Origin: Methylorubrum extorquens
GTDB taxonomy: Bacteria; Pseudomonadota; Alphaproteobacteria; Rhizobiales; Beijerinckiaceae
Length of the DNA: 32,000 bases
Reading direction: 5' to 3'
Assembly: GCA_900234795.1 (NCBI GenBank)
Contig: LT962688.1
Span: forward strand, 3,810,001-3,842,000
Shown: piece by piece, positions 27,530 to 32,000 of the stretch
Numbering within the stretch: the first letter of the stretch is position 1
How the letters are laid out: every line of letters starts with the position of its first letter
Position numbers and translations under genes: made by a program
The notes under the pieces: generated by a model
The model's input: only the letters and a program-made list of their open reading frames with translations
Databases searched by the model: none
Told to the model about the DNA's origin: nothing

Positions 27530-28709
27530 TCACGTCGCGATCTTCGCGCCGCGGCTTTCCGGCGTCTCAGCCCGGCCAATGGCGATGCCGGTAAAAGTCT
27601 GGTTCAGGTGCATCGAGCGGTACTGCTCGCCGTAGGTCTCGAAGCCGACCACGCCGTAGCGACGGTACAGGTCGGCGATGCGGTGGCGCACCTGCCGGCT
27701 CTCGGCATCGAGCCGGCGAAACACGCAATCGAAACCGATCACGAGGTCGAGCCCGCCGAGCGACGCGTCGAGGCTTTCGAGTTCGGCCCGCGTCGCCTCG
27801 ACGATGTCGCGGGGCTGCGCCAGCGTCAGCACCACGCCCTCGCCGATGGCGCAGAAGAAGGTCATCGAGCCGTCCGGCTCCACCCGGCTGATCGAGCGGC
27901 AGTAATATTCCCCGCCGATCTTCACCGCGAGCGGGTAGGCGGCAAAGCTCATCGTCGAGAGGTTTTCCGGGTCGAGCCCCACTGCCATGGCATATTCGCG
28001 CGCCGCGGGCTCGGCGTTGAGTTCGGTGACGCGCCGCTCGTCCTCGCGGGCGGCGGTGACCACGAACTTGCGGTTGGTCGGCTCGAAATTGTCGCTCTTG
28101 AAGATCCGGATCGGGAAATCGGTCTCGACCAGAAGGATCACCGCCGCCTCGCGGCAGACTTGGCCCTCGTGGATCAGCACCGTGCTGCGGAAGGCGAGGT
28201 CGTCGCCGGCCGAGCCGCCGATCAGCGGGATGCCGTCGAGCGCCCAAGCCACCGCCGAGACCACCGTCTCCTCCGCATTGGCGAGCGAGTCGATCAGCGA
28301 CAGGGCGAAGCGGTGGCCGCTGCCGCCGTCCGGCCGCCCGCCGTCGAGGGTCCGGCGCAGGCCGCGCACGGTCGAGGCCGCCCCCCTCCACGTCGAGCCG
28401 GGCGATGTCGGTGAGCAGACCCGAGACGATGCGGAAGCCTTGGCGCGGGAAGGCGATGGCGACGAGGCCGCGGTCGATCGAGCCCGCTGGGCTGATCCCG
28501 CCGGAAGTGGAGCAGCCGGTGAGCCCGACGCCGGGAAACTGCGCCGCGAGCGCGGCCGTGAGGATTTCCGCGTCATAAGCCGGCGAGAAGAAGACGATCA
28601 GGTGGCCGACGACCGACCGGTCGACGGCCCCCGCCACGGCCGCGACCGCGCCCAAAGCGTCGAACGCGTCCGTCCAGGCCGTCTGGATTCCGCACAGATG
28701 CCCGCGCAT
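27530..28709 (-). pseudogene. FIST N/C-domain sensor protein, interrupted by a +1 frameshift in a G6 run (minus strand)
   Basis: The N-terminal part comes from the 392-aa ORF frame (MRGHLCGIQTAWTDAFDALGAV...GLLTDIARLDVEGG). The rest comes from the 348-aa ORF frame (AASTVRGLRRTLDGG...LIDSLANAEETVVSAVAWALDGIPLIGGSAGDDLAF...GFETYGEQY...). The frames switch at c28381-c28386. Dropping one G gives ...RLDVEGAASTVRGL... Start is ATG 28709 or GTG 28745. Confidence 0.75.
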
Positions 28710-28904
28710 CTGCGTGCCGTGCGCCACCGCCTCGCTCCCTCGCACAGGGTCTGTTCCGGCAGTCCGGCCGCCCCTGACATATTGTGCACGACTATGTCCG
28801 CGGTGCAGGGGCGTGGCAATGGGCGGGGCGGAGCTGTGTGAATGCCGGCGGCAGACCCCGACCCTTCCGGGACATCACGGACAGGATCCCGCACAATCCC
28901 CCCA

Positions 28905-29513
28905 TCACTTCAGCAAGGCGCGCTGAAATCCGGGACGGGCTCGGCACCGCGCAAGGTAGTCTTGGATGACAGGCGCGTATGTCTCGACGGCGCGAAGCGC
29001 CTGGCCAAGTCCGAGGGCATAGACGACGGACACATCCGCTGCCGTGAATGCGGATCCCGCGAGATAGTCATGCTCCTCAAGGCGGCTCTGGATGGCTGGT
29101 AGCCGCGCACGGAAGATGGTCCGAGCGGCCTCGACGCCCGCATTTTCTCGCTGATCTTCAGGGCCCATGAACCAGCAATGTGCAACGACCGTCATCGGAC
29201 CCGCGAGACTGGCCTCTCCAAAATGGAAATACTGGAGATATGAAGGATAGGAGGTCTCCGATAGCTGCGGCGCGAGGGGTGTGGGCCCGTAGCGCGCGAC
29301 CAGATACTCGATGATGGCGGTGGATTCGCTGATCACGACATCGCCATCCCGCAGGACGGGAATGGAGCCGGCCGGGTTGAGACGCATGAACTCGGCATCG
29401 GAACGATGTCTCGGGAAATCGACGAGGCGGACCTCGTAAGGCAGCCCCATCTCCTCAAGCATCCACAACACCCGAAGCGAGCGGGTCCGCGGTGCGTGAA
29501 ACACGGTGATCAT
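28905..29513 (-). CDS. Glutathione S-transferase
   Basis: N-terminal thioredoxin-like GST domain (MITVFHAPRTRSLRVLWMLEEMGLPYEV...NPAGSIPVLRDGDVVISESTAIIEYL) plus a helical C-terminal domain. 202 aa. Confidence 0.9.
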   Translation of the reverse strand: MITVFHAPRTRSLRVLWMLEEMGLPYEVRLVDFPRHRSDAEFMRLNPAGSIPVLRDGDVVISESTAIIEYLVARYGPTPLAPQLSETSYPSYLQYFHFGEASLAGPMTVVAHCWFMGPEDQRENAGVEAARTIFRARLPAIQSRLEEHDYLAGSAFTAADVSVVYALGLGQALRAVETYAPVIQDYLARCRARPGFQRALLK

Positions 29514-29809
29514 AACCGAGCCTCTCCCAGGCCAAGACGACTGCGATGCCCTGAGACGACGGAGCCCTGCCCTCGTCCGCCTCAGTGGGCGGCCTTAGAG
29601 CGCATTCCGACGAAATGGTCACCGGTTCGTCGAAAGAATGGGTGTCAAAACAAGGACCTAGAAGCGCGAGCCCGATGCAGTCCGGTCGGATACGGCCTGC
29701 GCGCCTCTGAAGCCCCGGTCACCGACCGTTCTCGCGCTGGCGAGGACGCGCCGCGGTCGGTTTGTGAGAGACACTCGAACCGGTTCGAGCCCCCCGCCGA
29801 ATCTCGCCC

Positions 29810-31348
29810 CTATGCCGCGGCCGCCGGCCGCTCGCCCCGTGCCCGGTAGGACAAAGCCTCGGCTAGATGCAGCCGCCGCACCTGCGCCTCGCCGTCGAGG
29901 TCGGCCAGTGTCCGGGCGACCCGTAGCGTGCGGTGGAAGCCGCGGGCGGACAGCCGCATGGTCTCGGCCGCGTGGCGGATCAGCGCCGCCCCCTCGGCAT
30001 CGGGCGCGGCGGCGGATTCGATGACGGTCGCCGGGCAGGTGGCGTTGGTCGTGGCGGCGGGCAGACCGAGGGCGGCGTAGCGCGTACTCTGGAGGGCGCG
30101 GGCCGCAGCGACCCGCGCGGCGGCCTCGGCCGAGCCTTCCGCGGGCGGCGGCAGGATCAGGTCGGCGGCGGTCACCGCCGCAACCTCGATCCGCAGGTCG
30201 ATCCGGTCGAGCAGCGGCCCGGAGATGCGGGCCCCGTACTGGGCGACGCAGCGTTCGTTCGGCCCCCGGCGGCAGGCATAGCCCGGCTCCAGCGCCATGC
30301 CGCAGCGGCACGGGTTCATCGCCGCCACGAGCTGGAACCGCGCTGGATAGGTGGTCCGGTGGTTGGCGCGGGCGATCATGATTTCGCCCGTCTCCATCGG
30401 CTGGCGCAGGGAATCGAGCACCTGCGGCGTGAACTCGGGTAACTCGTCGAGGAACAGCACACCGCCATGGGCGAGCGAGGCCTCGCCGGGCCGCGCATTG
30501 AGCCCGCCGCCGACCAGCGCCGCCATCGAGGCGGAATGGTGCGGCTGGCGGAACGGGCGCCGGTTCGAGAGGGCCCCGCCCTTCAACTCGCCCGCGACCG
30601 ACTGGATCATCGAGACTTCGAGCAGTTCGCGCGGGCCCAGGGGCGGTAGGATCGAGGGAAGGCGCGCGGCCAGCATCGATTTGCCGGCGCCCGGTGGGCC
30701 GTTCATCAGCAAGTTGTGGCCACCAGCGGCCGCGATCTCCAGGGCGCGCTTGGCGCCCTCTTGGCCCTTGATGTCGCGCAGATCCGACATCGGCCCGGTG
30801 GGTGCCGCCACCGCGGGCTGCGGCCGGGCCATCACTTGGCTGCCCTTGAAGTGGTTGGCGAGCTGGATCAGCGAGCGCGGCGCCAGCACATCCATGTCGC
30901 CGGCGGCCCAGGCCGCCTCGGGCCCGGTCGCGGCCGGGCAGATCAAGCCGAGGCCGCGCCCGTTGGCCGCCATCGCCGCAGGCAGCACGCCGGCCACCGC
31001 GGTGATCGAACCGTCGAGCGCGAGTTCGCCGAGCACGCAATAGCCGCCGAGCGCATCCGCCGGCAGCGCGCCGATGGCCCCCATCACCGCGAGCGCGATC
31101 GGCAGGTCGTAATGCGAGCCTTCCTTGGGCAGATCGGCCGGAGCGAGGTTGACCGTGATGCGCTTGGCCGGCAGCGCCAACCCCGAGGCGATCAGCGCCG
31201 AACGCACCCGCTCGCGCGATTCCGCCACCGCTTTGTCGGCCAGGCCGACGATGGTGAAGGCGACGGCACCCGCCGCGATCTGCACCTGCACATCGACGGC
31301 ACGCGCCTCGATCCCCTCGAAGGCGACGGTGGCGACGCGCGTGACCAT
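29810..31348 (-). CDS. comM: YifB/ComM family Mg-chelatase-like AAA+ ATPase
   Basis: N-terminal Lon-protease-like domain (VDVQVQIAAG...DLPKEGSHYDLPIALAV). Walker A GPPGAGKSM and Walker B GVLFLDELPEF. Zinc-ribbon-like CRCG...C insert. 512 aa. Confidence 0.93.
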   Translation of the reverse strand: MVTRVATVAFEGIEARAVDVQVQIAAGAVAFTIVGLADKAVAESRERVRSALIASGLALPAKRITVNLAPADLPKEGSHYDLPIALAVMGAIGALPADALGGYCVLGELALDGSITAVAGVLPAAMAANGRGLGLICPAATGPEAAWAAGDMDVLAPRSLIQLANHFKGSQVMARPQPAVAAPTGPMSDLRDIKGQEGAKRALEIAAAGGHNLLMNGPPGAGKSMLAARLPSILPPLGPRELLEVSMIQSVAGELKGGALSNRRPFRQPHHSASMAALVGGGLNARPGEASLAHGGVLFLDELPEFTPQVLDSLRQPMETGEIMIARANHRTTYPARFQLVAAMNPCRCGMALEPGYACRRGPNERCVAQYGARISGPLLDRIDLRIEVAAVTAADLILPPPAEGSAEAAARVAAARALQSTRYAALGLPAATTNATCPATVIESAAAPDAEGAALIRHAAETMRLSARGFHRTLRVARTLADLDGEAQVRRLHLAEALSYRARGERPAAAA

Positions 31349-31497
31349 GGTGCTGCGGCAAGCTCCGAACCCGGAGGTTGCAACCTAGGCGGCACTACGC
31401 GCGCTGGCAATCATGAGCGGGGCCGTATCGAGACGGGCAGGAACAACTGGGACGATCAACGGTTCGCCCGGCGTCTCTCTCAGTATTGGAGCGTCTC

Positions 31498-31758
31498 ATG
31501 TCCTTCCGCCCCCTCGCCGCCTTCGCCATCGGCTTCGCTCTCCTCAGCGGTCCGGTGCTCGCCGACGAGAAGCTGCCGCCCGACCAACAGGCCAAGGTCG
31601 AGGACATCCTGAAGAAGGAGGGCTTCACCAAGTGGAAGGAGATCGAACTCGACGACGGCATGATCGAGGTGGATGACGCCATCGACGCCAACGGCAAGCA
31701 GTTCGACCTGAAGCTCGACCCGAAGACCTTGGAGGTCGTGAAGCGCAAGGCGGAGTGA
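31498..31758 (+). CDS. Small periplasmic PepSY-domain protein
   Basis: ATG 31498, with GGAG 7 nt upstream, gives a signal peptide MSFRPLAAFAIGFALLSGPVLADE. The mature part has a PepSY-like pattern (GFTKWKEIELDDGMIEVDDAIDANGKQFDLKLDPKTLEVV). Confidence 0.65.
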   Translation: MSFRPLAAFAIGFALLSGPVLADEKLPPDQQAKVEDILKKEGFTKWKEIELDDGMIEVDDAIDANGKQFDLKLDPKTLEVVKRKAE

Positions 31759-31768
31759 CGAACCCGCT

Positions 31769-31791
31769 CCCGGAGAGGTCACCTCTCCGGG
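31769..31791. terminator. Hairpin between convergent genes (possible bidirectional terminator)
   Basis: Perfect 10-bp stem cccggagagg / cctctccggg with a 3-nt loop. It sits between the PepSY stop (31758) and the minus-strand stop at 31793-31795. No clean U-tract on either side, hence moderate confidence. Confidence 0.45.
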
Positions 31792-31792
31792 A

Positions 31793-32000
31793 CTACCGCA
31801 CCTTTTTGAAGTAAGCGCCGCGATCGGCCACGCCCTGCCCGTCCGGCTTGAGGCCCTGCCAGCGCGTGACCAACGCCCCACCTTTGGCAAGGGTGAAGAG
31901 GGGTTGGCCCGGCTTGTAGACCGCCACCCCGTACCTGTTGACCGTTCTGCCATCGCCGTAGCGATCGAACGTCACCGCGAGATCCTGCCCCTCCGGGCGG
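31793..32000 (-). CDS. 3' end of an unidentified protein-coding gene running off the window
   Basis: The frame stays open from the TAG at 31793-31795 up to the window edge; the 'M' at 31975 in the track is a GTG. C-terminal sequence: ...VTFDRYGDGRTVNRYGVAVYKPGQPLFTLAKGGALVTRWQGLKPDGQGVADRGAYFKKVR. I do not recognise the family. Confidence 0.35.
   Translation of the reverse strand, partial: RPEGQDLAVTFDRYGDGRTVNRYGVAVYKPGQPLFTLAKGGALVTRWQGLKPDGQGVADRGAYFKKVR

Noticed and set aside
27567-28745. 392-aa ORF as a full-length protein
   Set aside because: Only the first ~120 residues resemble a FIST N-terminus. After the G6 run the sequence becomes Arg/Pro/Gly nonsense, while the adjacent frame carries the rest of the FIST protein.
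26188-28841. Plus-strand ORFs 26188-27594, 27395-28414 and 27987-28841
   Set aside because: They are antisense to the hybrid kinase and FIST genes and have no recognisable motifs.
29774-29792. GGTTCGAGCC, resembling a tRNA T-arm
   Set aside because: It is half of a perfect 16-bp palindrome. There is no acceptor stem, D-arm or anticodon arm around it, so it is not a tRNA.

Overview
High-GC (roughly 70% by eye) alphaproteobacterial chromosomal segment. Gene content and palindromic intergenic repeats look Rhizobiales/Methylobacterium-like, but that is an inference. Gene order, left to right: (1) the 3' part of a highly reducing type I PKS (ER-KR-ACP), translationally coupled to an alpha-oxoamine synthase; (2) on the minus strand, a hopanoid/squalene block dxs, hpnA-hpnC-hpnD-hpnE-shc, then an intrinsic terminator and a spermidine-synthase-like gene; (3) a three-gene plus-strand unit: small Cys-containing secreted protein, secreted DRGH-type non-specific nuclease, small cytoplasmic protein; (4) ettA; (5) a minus-strand string: cytoplasmic molybdopterin oxidoreductase, orphan double-NBD Dpp/Opp-type ABC ATPase, deoB; (6) envelope and housekeeping genes: SLT-SPOR lytic transglycosylase (frameshifted), lipoprotein alpha/beta hydrolase, YciA-like thioesterase, transglutaminase-like cysteine peptidase (BTLCP) preceded by two perfect CtrA-type boxes, and a small secreted protein; (7) a FIST sensor (frameshifted) plus a hybrid histidine kinase; (8) GST, ComM/YifB, a PepSY protein and a partial ORF. 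I found no rRNA, tRNA, CRISPR array, transposase, integrase or recognisable phage or defence gene. The points most worth a second look are the PKS-AOS pair, the nuclease unit with a candidate inhibitor, the twin CtrA boxes, two +1 frameshifts in G homopolymers, the orphan ABC ATPase, and three intergenic repeat or hairpin families. Many long ORFs in the track are antisense artefacts of the high GC content.
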